A DNA stretch of 64,000 nt, taken from positions 16,176,087-16,240,086 of the forward strand of contig CM119266.1 in the NCBI GenBank assembly GCA_051294375.1, in the 5' to 3' direction. Position numbers and translations under genes: made by a program. The DNA is from Paraspadella gotoi. Its lineage: Eukaryota; Animalia; Chaetognatha. Under the pieces are notes generated by a model that was given only the letters and a program-made list of their open reading frames with translations, was not told the origin of the DNA and did no database searches. Shown here piece by piece: positions 10,426 to 22,158 of this stretch. Every line of letters starts with the position of its first letter. The first letter of the stretch is position 1.

Positions 10426-13400
10426 TTTTATTCTTAAAGTATTTCGAGTTGGCGTAGATTACTTTTTTTTTTTTTTTTTTTTGTTTTGTTTTAAAATAAT
10501 TAAAAAAAAGAAACGTTACCTTAAACAGATTCACAGTTTTAGTTTGTAGTGTTGTCTTTTCTGTTTTGTTTACGTGTACGGGTTTTTCTTTTATTTTCGG
10601 AGCGATGGCCCGGTCGCCAGTAACGAGGAAATGGTTTTTGCATGTCTCAGAAACGCTTTAGAGCGTTAGATTATTTTTTTATTATTTAGAGTTTTTAGAA
10701 TTATAATTTCCGAGCGTTTTATTATAAGGGGTTTTAAATTTTTAAATTGAAATCGCGTTAATTTTAATATTAACTTTTTTCTTTTTTATATTTTTTGTAA
10801 ATTAAAGCCTCCTTAGAGCGCGAGCCCGTCTTTGGCTCTTTTCGGGGATTTTACTCTAATGGTTAACAGGCCCCCGCGCCTGAAAGGTTAGGCCTTTTTG
10901 TTGTTTGGACGATGGCCGCTCAAAGCCTTTCTCGAAGGCTATTTTCTCTTTTCTGGGAGCTGAAAAGCCTCGTCTTCGATTTAACTTTTTTTTTCATTTT
11001 GATCAATAGTTATTTTATTTGTTTACTTCGCTTTTTTCTGCTTTATTCAAATTCAGCTAAAAGCTGGATTCTCCTGTTGGCGGGAGTATGGTTGGGACTC
11101 CGAAATACGGATTCGGTTTCCTGTAAAACGCGGCGAAATTGTTATTTTCTAATCATTTTCTTTTAGTCGCGTTCACCGGCGGATTCCCTATTTTTTCTGC
11201 ACTTAGCTAACCTTTTTTATGGGGGTGCCCCGCTTCAATGCCAAAATTTTTTTTTGATCAATTTTTTACGTTTATTTATTTGTTTATTTCGCATTTCTGC
11301 ACTATGTCGACTTGATCGGCATAGGGGCGCCTTTGGACGGAGTCTCACTTTGTTTCTTTTGCGTTGACGTCCGTCACGCGAAGGGAGCATTGTCGAGAGG
11401 GTGTTACTTCATGGGCTGGCGGGGAGGTCCGTGGGAGGCTTGTCCGTGCGACGGAAAGTCGGCCCGTTCCAGCCTCTCTCGCTAACACAAGTATTAACGT
11501 CTTTTGACCTTATTTAAATCTTCATATTTTTTGCCTTTTTCCCTTTTTTAGAGAATTTGAATTTTTTATTTCGTTATCGTTGCGTCACTATTTCGCGATT
11601 TTTCGGTGGATAACGCTATATTTCATCATATTTCGTTACGCCCCCGATTATTGCGTTATATTGACTCATCGATGATTGGTTTCCCAGCCATCGATTATTT
11701 CGGATGCATCGTCGATGCATCGTCGATGGCTTAAGGTCAGCCACGCCCCTTTTTCTCACGCGTGCGAATTTTTCCCCAAATTTCCCACGTGTGTGAATGC
11801 ACGCAATATCCGGTTTCGCCTGCGTGCGACGCACTTCCGGTTCAAGGTGGACGCTCGGATCGTGACGACGATTACGGGTTGAAGCTTTGGATCTCGAAGG
11901 CGGCGTCGAGCGTAGAGGAACTTGATACGGCGGACATTTCTTGAGAATAAGCAGCGTGTGCTTTCCTTTTTTCTTAGTTTTAATATTTAATTTTTAGCTT
12001 TTTTGACATTATTTTTTTTTGCTTTAGTTAAATATTTATTTTTTAGGTTTTTAGTTATTTTGTGTGTTTGGTTTTCGACAGGTTAACCTCAACTTTCAAT
12101 CGATCGTACGGCTTCGATTATCTCCGAGAAAAGTGTTATTAACCATCATGCCTTTTTTTCCCAGGTTTTCGTAACTTTACGCTCGGGGGAAATTTGCGAT
12201 TTTCCTTCGCTGGGGGAAAATTTCTCCCCAAGCATTACAAATTAACTACGCGTAGTTCTCCCTTTGGTATTTTTTTGGGAACTTAGCGATTTTTTTTTTG
12301 CTAAATTTTTTTGCTAAATTTTTTCTTTTTTGTACGAACAGGTTCGTTCCTCTCCGTTCGTGCGGGGGGTACGACCAATTTTTCGATATGAATAATTTAG
12401 TAATTTTTTAGAAAAAATATTTTTTAATAATACTTTGTTCGTTTTTTAGAAATGGATATTTTTTCGATTTGTTTAGTATTAAGGTTACTAACCCATTGAA
12501 TTTCAAGTGTATTTTAGTTTCTTTTCAGATTCGTTTTCGTAAGGACGTTGAGAAAAAGGTGAAGATTGAGTCAAGGTCAAGGCTTCTTGGTTAAGCGAGA
12601 GGAGGACAAAACAACCAACGCTCGCCAAAGCGTGTTCTTCCCGACCAGAACAAGACGGAAGAACGAAACCACTCTTCGGAGCGGTGGTTGCCAACCACCC
12701 ACTGCATAGGAAGCGCCCGATCTGTCCACATTTTTTGTATTATTTAGCTTTTGTATTTTTTGATAGCTCAAGAGAAGATGGCGACAATTTAGAGTAGGTA
12801 AGAATAATATAGGATTATCTCTCTTTGATCGTTTATATTATTCATAATTTGCCCCTAACGTTTTTCAGCTTTTATAAAATTTTTTTGCTTCGACTTTCGA
12901 ATGTCTCTAGACGGACGGAGTCTTCGCGAGTCGACGCTAAAATATCACAATATTTAGGCCTTCGGAGTGACGGTCTCCCCTGTCAAGACTGTCTCCTGCG
13001 CGCCGCTTGGCGGGCGACTTACCTTTACGTATAGCCGGTTCCGTTCAGAATTGGTTTGGATAAGCGTCGGGAACTCCGAATATTTTTTCTAAAATCGGTT
13101 ACGAATAGTTGTTTGTTTTGACCTTCGCCTCCTTCTTGGCGTCGAACAACTTTACCGAACACCCTTTATAGTACTACCCTATCGAACGCTTACGACGCGG
13201 TTTCTCTGATGGCAAAGTAAATCGTTTCGTATTCGTTTGGTATATTGTACGCCCACTTTTTTGTGTTTTTCTCCCTTAAAATAAGTTAGGAGGGAGCTGG
13301 GTAGGGAGCAGCGACGAGAAGGTTATCATATTATTGCTTTGCTTACTTTTTGGCAGGGTTTGAGGGTCTCGCCCCATCCGTAGTCATATTGCTTTGCCTT

Positions 13401-14325
13401 GCCGAAATACTTGATCTCGTTGCTTCGGCATTCGGATGCTTAAAGTAAGGGTAAACCAATAAAATAACTTCCTTCAGCGCTTTTTAGATTGATTACGTTT
13501 TTAGAGTGATAGATTATTAGGTTTTCGTATTTTCGGGTTTTGATAGGTATTGATTTCGTTTTTAGGTCTAGTTTAATATTTTTTATTTTGCCAACCTACT
13601 ACGACATAAGGTAGATAAGGAATGTTAATTATTTTTTGTTTTTCAGTGTATTTCACGGTTTATTTCAAGAATAAGTTTCATTTCAAGAAGAAGAAGATTT
13701 ACAAGATTCGACGGCGAAGATATTAGTACAATTCGATTGTTTCAATTTACTATTTTTTCCCGTAGGAGTAGTCTAAGATTTTTTGTGTCGTAGTACGGTT
13801 GTGCGTCTCTAATATTTTTTGTAAGGAGTCGAATATACGCAGATTCTTCAAAAGATTCGGTCTTCCGTATCGGGGTCCTCATCGAGAATCGTAGAGGGAC
13901 GTTTTGAAGAATGCTTGTGACATGACTGAAGATATGCTTGCGATTTCTGATGCGGCCACCTGCGGTAAAGGAAAATTCAAGTATTTGAGATTGTGTTATT
14001 CGTCTCAGGTTGTTCGTGACATGAAAGGCACCTTTTTGCCTCGCCATGTTTGATTGAAGGTCGAAGGGTTGATTTCGTTCTTAGCCGGTTCGAAATTACC
14101 TCGAGATTCCTATTTCGTTCCTGCGGGGGCGGAAAGTTGCATTTTCGGTGAGCGTGTAATATCGCTTACCAAGATCGACAACCTTTTATTTTTTCTTTTA
14201 CCTTTCGGTTCTTAGAATTCGAATTGGTCGGCGGTGCCGTATTGTCCCTAACAATTCGGGCTTCCATTAATATTCACGCTTCATTCCTTTAGTTGGCTAC
14301 TTCGGAAGTCGCGGGTGTAACATAT

Positions 14326-14448
14326 GTCGGGCTCGAGATCGGCACCGGGGTCAGTTACAACCGGTCTTCGCGTCTTCGACCTAAGTGAAAAAAATATCGG
14401 GTTTAAGTCGGCCACCGGGTCAGTTATAACCGACTTTAGATTTCGATA
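14326..14448 (+). repeat. Two tandem long hairpins with a shared loop CACCGGG(G)TCAGTTAYAA and different but complementary stems
   Basis: 14326-14380: gtcgggctcgagatcgg...ccggtcttcgcgtcttcgac. 14395-14448: tatcgggtttaagtcgg...ccgactttagatttcgata. Confidence 0.7.
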
Positions 14449-15277
14449 AAGGCCTATATTGTTTTGCTTTATTATTTAGTGAATTGGTTAGTTATATGCC
14501 GAAGCCTAGTAAACCGAAATTCTATGTTTTTGTTAGTCCAGTTAGTTTAGATGATATTAGCTCCCAATGTCTCATTCCCCCTGCCTTGTGTCAATTTATT
14601 TCTAGGATCTTTCTTGTGTCATTTTTCAGTTAGCGGCAAGTGTTTTTTAGAGTCAGAAAGAAGTCCAGTTTTTTTAGCGTTTTGTTTGTATTAATAATGG
14701 TTGTTTAACGGGTGTACTGAAACACGCGTTCGAGTCAGGATTTACCTTTTTATTTCGCAGTCAGGTTTGGTACGCTTTGGTAACCGTACACGGCGCTTCG
14801 CGATTGAGCGGGGCTGATGAGCGGTATCTTCGGCTGTACACGTGACCCGATCGTACGAATCGAACTTCGAAGCCTGTATTTTGAGTCGGACGAGGAATTT
14901 GATTATTACGGCTTAATTGTATTTTTACCATCTCGTACAATTTTGATCATAATTCGTGTCTTTGTACTCACCTGTTTCGTCTTCAAACATCATGACTTGA
15001 AAAGTACAACCGCGTGTGGAAGAGAGCTAGCGCCGGTCAGTTGTCGTCTGCCGCCGTTGCTCGTCTCTCCGTTTTGTCGCTTTTTGAGGAAGAGGTTCCT
15101 GATTTATGGAATCGCAAAGTTTATTTTAGGTTTAGCAAGTAAGTCCTGGGCGCATTTTTTGCATACTCGCTTTTAAATTTTTTCCTACTCTACTTTCCAT
15201 CCCCTGCGCCGGAATATATTTGATGATTATTTCTAAACATGCTCGGGTATCCCCAGTATGCCATGTTGGCAATGCCT

Positions 15278-15291
15278 GAGATAGCGGGGGG
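15278..15291 (+). promoter_or_regulatory. Polypurine tract (plus-strand primer)
   Basis: gagatagcgggggg lies immediately 5' of the LTR start TGTTAC at 15292. Confidence 0.8.
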
Positions 15292-15944
15292 TGTTACGAA
15301 ATCATTATCAATATATATACCGTGATCCAAACTTCTCTTCTTTCACCCGATGCTCTTTTATTTCTATTTTACTACGCAAGGAAATTCTATTTCTTCGCGA
15401 TCACAGCGACATCTCTAGTTTCGTAGTATTATAGTATATACTTAAGTCAGCTTCGAGTGCTACGCATGGCTGTTTCTGATTGGTTCCCGCCGTTTCTTTA
15501 GATCTCAGCCTTGATTTCTATCGCGTGTAACTCTCAGATTGTTCAGTCTTTGCAATGCGTTTTACTACTTTTTAAAGATAATAAATCGCTATTTAAGATA
15601 TCTCGGAAACTTCTTTTTAATAAGAAACTAGTGATCGCTGGATTGGTGGACTTTCCTTGTGATAGAGGCAACATTACAAATTGTTGACAGTAAGATGGAT
15701 TCTTTAAAACTTTATATATATATTTGTGAGTGTGTATTAAAATGTTTTGTATCTTTGCCCAGGACTTCTAACTCCATCTCATCGACTTTAGATAGAAGTG
15801 CTGGGCTTCGACTTTGTGCAGATATCATCTTGAGCGTCTTGACCGGCGCCTCGTCCGTCCGCTCCACCTCTCTCGTTGATAGCACAGGATCAGCTCAGCC
15901 AGTTAGTTGTCAAAGACAGCACTCTACGAACTTAGTTCAATACA
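15292..15944 (+). repeat. 3' LTR (653 bp)
   Basis: Starts TGTTAC and ends AATACA. Preceded by the PPT, followed by GTTAT (15945-15949). Near-identical to 16143-16818. Confidence 0.92.
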
Positions 15945-15994
15945 GTTATTTAAATTTAAATTAGTCATGTCTTTGGGAAGAATGCTCATCAGTC

Positions 15995-16035
<41 letters not shown>

Positions 16036-16142
16036 NNNNNNNNNNNNNNNNNNNNNNNNNCCTAAAAAATTTTTGTACGAGTCTGTAAAAATTTAGTATA
16101 ATTTTTTCATCGGTTGTATAAACTCAAAATGTGTTTGGTTAT

Positions 16143-16818
16143 TGTTACGAAATCATTATCAATATATATACCGTGGATCCAAACTTCTCTTCTTTCACCC
16201 GATGCTCTTTTATTTCTATTTTACTAACGCAAGGAAATTCTATTTTTCCGCGATCACAGCGACATCTCTAGTTTCGTATAGTATTATAGTATATACTTAA
16301 GTCAGCTTCCGAGTGCTACGCATGGCTGTTTCTGATTGGTTCCGCCGTTTCTTTAGATCTCAGCCTTGATTTCTATTCGCGTGTAACTCTCAGATTTGTT
16401 CAGTCTTTGCAATGCGTTTTTACTACTTTTTAAAGATAATAAATCGCTATTTAAGATATCTCGGAAACTTCTTTTAATAAGAAACTAGTGATCGCTGGAC
16501 TTGGTGGACTTCCTTGTGATAGAGGCAACATACAATTGGCTTCATGAACAAGTAAGATGGATTCTTTAAAACTTTATATATATATTTGCTGAGTGTGTAT
16601 AAAATGTTTTGTATTCTTTGCCCAGGACTTCTAACTCCATCTCATCGACTTTAGATAGAAGTGCTGGGCTTCGACTTTGTCGTCAGATCATCATCTTGAG
16701 CGTCTTGACCGGCGCCATCGTCTCGTGCGCCCACTCGATTCTCTCGTTTGATAGCACAGGATCAGCTCAGCCAGTTAGTTGTCAAAGACAGCCACCTCTA
16801 CGAACTTAGTTCAATACA
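16143..16818 (+). repeat. 5' LTR of the same family, probably the same insertion (noisier copy)
   Basis: Same TGTTAC...AATACA sequence with scattered indels. Preceded by GTTAT (16138-16142). Followed by GC-richer internal sequence rather than the flank seen after the other LTR. Confidence 0.9.
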
Positions 16819-18400
16819 TTAGAAGTCTCGTTTCGGGACGCAGAGCTCAGCGTTTCGTCGAAGTGTCTCTAATCCTCGACGGTTTCTGCGAGACCCGTCG
16901 GGAGAAGATCCGCCAGCGTCGGCCTCTGGGGCCGAGCGAATCGACGTAAAAAATGCAAAACTTTCGAGGCGTAGATCGCTCGATCTCATTGCGATTAGGG
17001 ATCCTCGAACTAGCGACACGCCGTCATCGTTTAGAAACTTGCCAGAACTACGTTATCGCTCCTTCTCGATACTAGCAGTGAGATTGAAGTTCGGTTTCGA
17101 TTCGTTTTGTTTCTACCTATCTTCGGTCTTCGCTGCTAACGACTTCGTGAAGCTTTCCAACGACTTCAAGGCCGCATTGGTCACCATCGGCATACGAATA
17201 GGATCGCGTAGAATATAAGCGCGCCAGGATTAATAGCGTCGTTGAAACTCGAGTGCCGAAAACCTTGATCGGAATTCCCCTTTCGGCGTTTTTTGTGGAC
17301 TTCGTCGTTCGTTGTAGACGGATTTAGTTTCGCGCTAGTGCGACGTAACGAGAAAATATCGACAACTTCGCGACGCCGACAGTATCCCCCCCTTTCCCAA
17401 AACGCCATCGAGATATCGAGACTAACCTCTTCAAAGCGGACATGGCTCAGATCCGCAGCGTACCCTTACAGGATGCAATATCTTCCTAGCCAACCTCCAC
17501 GTCGATGAGGTGGTTGAAGCTCACGCGATTTCGTACGCGCGCTAAAGCCACCCCGACGCAGAAAACATCGCGGAGCCAACGCGGAAAGACACGTAATTAA
17601 TCGGTTTACGAAAGAAATCGTCTGCGATATCCGGAGGTAACGGAACGATGAGGCGATGGAGTTCTGTCGGACTTCTCAACCGCCTCCACAATGTCCTTGG
17701 GCCAGCGCCGCTTTCTAATTCGCGGGCAATTCAAGTGTCGACGCGGGAATCTCGGTAGAGAGCCTAGCGTCTGACAGGACGCTCCGTTCCCGCCCGCAAC
17801 AAAGAGAAGCGAGTTGCCGGAAAATTCCCAAAAGAAGGGAACCCATCCTTCGGCTGCAAACCGTCCGACGACGGTTCGTGGCGTCCCATCCGGCCGTTCT
17901 CGCCCCCTCCCCGACTCCAGAAGATGCGTCGAAACGCCGTCCGTTTATTTCCGTCTAATATCCATGTGAATACTGTTGCGCCGAGGGAGATAAATCTCCC
18001 TACCTTATCTATTGACACCGCTACAATGCGACTGCGAACCTCAGGATCTACCCCAACGCTTTGGCGGGGTTTGGAGGGTCCGAGATCGAGACTGTCGCTC
18101 GTACAGGAACGACGAGAGCCATAGTCTTCGCTCGGACATCGGAGCCGCCACGAGATCACTACTGGCATTCGGTGCCCGATCAAGCGTCTCTCGTCGCGTC
18201 GAAGAAGCGCGCCAAATTTTCCCGCAATATTTTTGACTCTTCGTGGAGCTTCGAAACACTCCCCGATCCCAAGAGTGGGCGTAGTTGGTGTATCGGCGCG
18301 ACCCTTTTTCTGCCGCGATGGGAATGGGTGACCCGAGAACGGTCCCTCGTTAACGCACGTGTGACACCCATAATCGCCCTCTTGACGTCGTCGTAGTGGA
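16819..18400 (+). mobile_element. Probable 5' internal region (PBS, leader, start of gag) of the Bel/Pao element; too noisy to translate
   Basis: Directly follows the 5' LTR; complex GC-richer sequence without microsatellites. No gag motif could be confirmed and the right boundary is approximate. Confidence 0.5.
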
Positions 18401-19361
18401 CGTCGTCCTTCGTCGCCGTCATCGTCGGCTTCTTCTTTTCTCTTTATGTCATTTCTTAATATAACTCTGTTCTGAGAGATTTGATAAAAAAGGGAATAAA
18501 AATCAAGAAGAAAAAAAAATAGAAAAAAGAGAAATTCCTTTTTTATTTGGGTTTATATTTGGGTGGACGTCTGGTCGGACCCGTGGCTCATCAACATTCA
18601 TGATGGTCGATGAAAAAGGGAGGCGGTGGGAGGAAAGGAAAGGAATGGATTAGATTGTAGAAAGGAGGCAAGAGGAAAGGAGAAGAAAGGTGAGGGAGGA
18701 AAGGGGGGGTTGCAGAGGAGAAAATGAAAAGAGAGAAGATGAGCGGACGTGAAATGAGTCGTTGGCTCCCTCATTTTTGAAAGACGTGTGGTGAAACTCG
18801 CGAAATGAAATCGATAGAAAAGTTGATCTTTTCTTTTGGGGGTCAAGAATCGTAAAATCTCGCGAAGGAGTCTCGTGAAATTAATCAGGGTCAACTTTAA
18901 ATATCACGTTGCAGTTGAAGGGCGAATCGTNNNNNNNNNNNNNNNNNNNNNNNNNNNNNNNNNNNNNNNNNNNNNNNNNNNNNNNNNNNNNNNNNNNNNN
19001 NNNNNNNNNNNNNNNNNNNNNNNNNNNNNNNNNNNNNNNNNNNNNNNNNNNNNNNNNNNNNNNNNNNNNNNNNNNNNNNNNNNNNNNNNGGAAGACTAAA
19101 CTTCCAACAAAACCAAATCTGACCTTTGACCTCCCGTCGACTGAAACCGAGTAAAAATAAACCGTTAAAAACATGAAACGAATAAAAACTTCGAGAAATG
19201 ACGGATTGAGAAACGTTTTTCGTTTTTCGTTGGAAAATCCCAGGATAATTACCATAAAGTTTCAGAGAAACAAAAAAAAATAAAAAGTTTTAGAAATTTG
19301 TGGCGCGGCCGACAGAGGCGGAAGTTCAGGATCGTCGCAAATCAAGGAAACGGTTCCATTA

Positions 19362-19436
<75 letters not shown>

Positions 19437-22158
19437 CCTTTCCCTCTTTTTTCGAATTTCTCTCTCTCTTAAGCACCTCCTATTCGCTAACAATATTTCA
19501 TTTTTAAATGTACTGACTTATACAATTAGGTAAGTTTCAAAACATATCATCCTCGCACAAATACAGTTCCATTCTACATTTCCGAATTGTATTCGCAGAG
19601 AGAGAGAGAGACATTTTCTTCTCTTACTCATAAAGTCTTCGAGACGTCACGCTTAACGGCGCCCATTCATTTTCCGGCGCCGAAAAGGTCGGCGCCGCTT
19701 TTTGACGTCGTTTGACGCTCATGGGGCGGCGCCCATGGCCGGTGGCGTTGTCTCCAGAAAATACGAGGACGAAGATCGAAGCGAGAAAGTTTAAGCGCGA
19801 CAACGCGTCCGACGAAACGAGGGGCGCGCTTCATATTTTATTTATTTTATTACTTGTNNNNNNNNNNNNNNNNNNNNNNNNNNNNNNNNNNNNNNNNNNN
19901 NNNNNNNNNNNNNNNNNNNNNNNNNNNNNNNNNNNNNNNNNNNNNNNNNNNNTCCTTCCCTCCCCTCCCCTTCGGTAATTAAGCGCATCTTGAACTTTCT
20001 TCGTGATCCCAGTGGAGTTTCGCAGAGATGAATAATCTTCTTTCGCTGAGAAGTAAATAGCGTGAGTCTCCTCATCATCTTCATCAATCTAACCCAAAAA
20101 ATCGGCCCAGTTGCCCATTTTTATGCTCATCCTTAATAAAATGATAAACTTAAATATATATCGTAATTAACGGTAACACTTATTTTACTAAAAAGTAAAA
20201 GCTATGTAATATTTTTAATACATATATTCTGCCGGACGTTTTTTCACGTCCCGGTGTTCAAATACTTGTTCGTCTTCTCCCGAGAGATCAAATTTATCGC
20301 TTATAAATTTCACTTATTCCCACAATTACAATCAGTTCTTTTTCTNNNNNNNNNNNNNNNNNNNNNNNNNNNNNNNNNNNNNNNNNNNNNNNNNNNNNNN
20401 NNNNNNNNNNNNNNNNNNNNNNNNNNNNNNNNNNNNNNNNNNNNNNNNNNNNNNNNNNNNNNNNNNNNNNNNNNNNNNNNNNNNNNNNNNNNNNNNNNNN
20501 NNNNNNNNNNNNNNNNNNNNNNNNNNNNNNNNNNNNNNNNNNNNNNNNNNNNNNNNNNNNCTCTCAGCGTCTGCCCACATTTCACAAGCTCTTTCAAACG
20601 CCACAGTGAGTCACCAGCGACGCCAACGGACGCCCTGGGATTTCGATCGATTAATATATAAACTTTAATGAGTCGTTAGTGTATATATATATATATCACA
20701 AGAATATCAAGTACCCTTTTCTTTCCTCTTTACTGATTCAAAATCCCTCATTTTTTTATTCTCCCACCTTTTCGCCACCTCAGCCTATCTCCACCTNNNN
20801 NNNNNNNNNNNNNNNNNNNNNNNNNNNNNNNNNNNNNNNNNNNNNNNNNNNNNNNNNNNNNNNNNNNNNNNNNNNNNNNNNNNNNNNNNNNNNNNNNNNN
20901 NNNNNNNNNNNNNNNNNNNNNNNNNNNNNNNNNNNNNNNNNNNNNNNNNNNNNNNNNNNNNNNNNNNNGGGCCACGCCCACGTGACCGCCTTCCATCGCC
21001 GTCTCATTGTCCAAAGGTTGCGGCCGTAAAAAAATCTCCTGGCCTCTCGGATGAAAAGCAATCCGTCCACAATTTGACTTCTTTATCTCCAAAGTTCAAA
21101 CGCTTCTTCTTCTGCTGTCTTATTCTTTATTTTTTCTTTTTCTACTTTTTTTCTTCGACTCTCTTTTTTCTTTTTTCTTAGACGACATACAATACATATA
21201 CGTACTACTACACGCGGTAGCAGTGTCGGTTCACTTACTCATATTTTTTTTACAAATTATTCAATATAAAAGTCTTTTAACAATTCTTTATTTATTAATT
21301 ACATCTGTTATTTAATTTTTCATTAGTTTTTTTTATTATAATCTNNNNNNNNNNNNNNNNNNNNNNNNNNNNNNNNNNNNNNNNNNNNNNNNNNNNNNNN
21401 NNNNNNNNNNNNNNNNNNNNNNNNNNNNNNNNNNNNNNNNNNNNNNNNNNNNNNNNNNNNNNNNNCGCGTTGCTAAGGGGATGGAAACGAGGCCCGTTGT
21501 CGTTGCTATGGTTTCGCCATGGAGGTCGCTGGAGGGGGCGCCGCTGGAGGGGGCGCCGTAAAACGGCTACGGAGGCGGTTTCTACATCGGAGGGAAAATG
21601 AGATTGAAAAAAAAGTGATGAGAAAGAAAGGAATTGACCCTTTGTCATCTGAGCGACCGCGCAACATTTACTCTATATTTTTTGCAAACTTTATACGAAA
21701 AATAAAAAGCGTCAAATGCTATAAAGCTACCGTTGGATTTAAGGATATTAAAACGTGGTTCATACATTACAAATTAAAAAATAATTGGTTCGCCTAAAAT
21801 ATTTTTTTTACTATTCGTTCGACGGTCGTGCTTCGTAAAAAAAAGGTTAGAAACTATAGATCAACAATGAATTGGCGTGCCAGAATTAAGCCGACGGTTT
21901 AGTTGCTTTTGTCAACACAGAATCTCTCTCTCTGTGTCTCCCTCTTTTCCTCTCCCTCTCTCCCTCGCCCTCTCTCTCTCCCAGGAGTCCCGTTGGAGTG
22001 GAAGTCTCGTCGTCTCATTAGAGATTTTTATCTTGTTTTCCTTTCACTGCGTCGGCCTCTCCCTTTCCTACCCCTCCCTAACCCTCCGTCCACCTTTCCC
22101 TACCCCCTTCTTTCTCCCCTCCCCTCTCCTCCGTCTCATCGCCGCTCGTTCCTTTCTC

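Larger units (their letters stand above)
3500..15944 (+). mobile_element. Bel/Pao (Belpaoviridae-type) LTR retrotransposon, 3' portion: pol + ~8 kb 3' internal region + PPT + 3' LTR
   Basis: Bel/Pao-type pol motifs in PR-RT-RH-IN order. PPT directly abuts a TG...CA LTR that is followed by GTTAT. The left boundary is approximate (noisy sequence and a gap at 2980-3175). Confidence 0.9.

Noticed and set aside
13742-14047. Antisense 101-aa ORF in the retroelement 3' region
   Set aside because: No recognisable domain, and splice signals and other coding-like segments favour the plus strand. Not strictly excluded.
14814-14880. Hammerhead ribozyme core (CTGATGA at ~14814)
   Set aside because: No stem II followed by GAAA, and no stem I/III pairing found.
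21523-21558. Tandem cgctggagggggcgc repeat as paired CTCF sites
   Set aside because: Only a partial match to the consensus and a two-copy repeat next to a gap; insufficient support.
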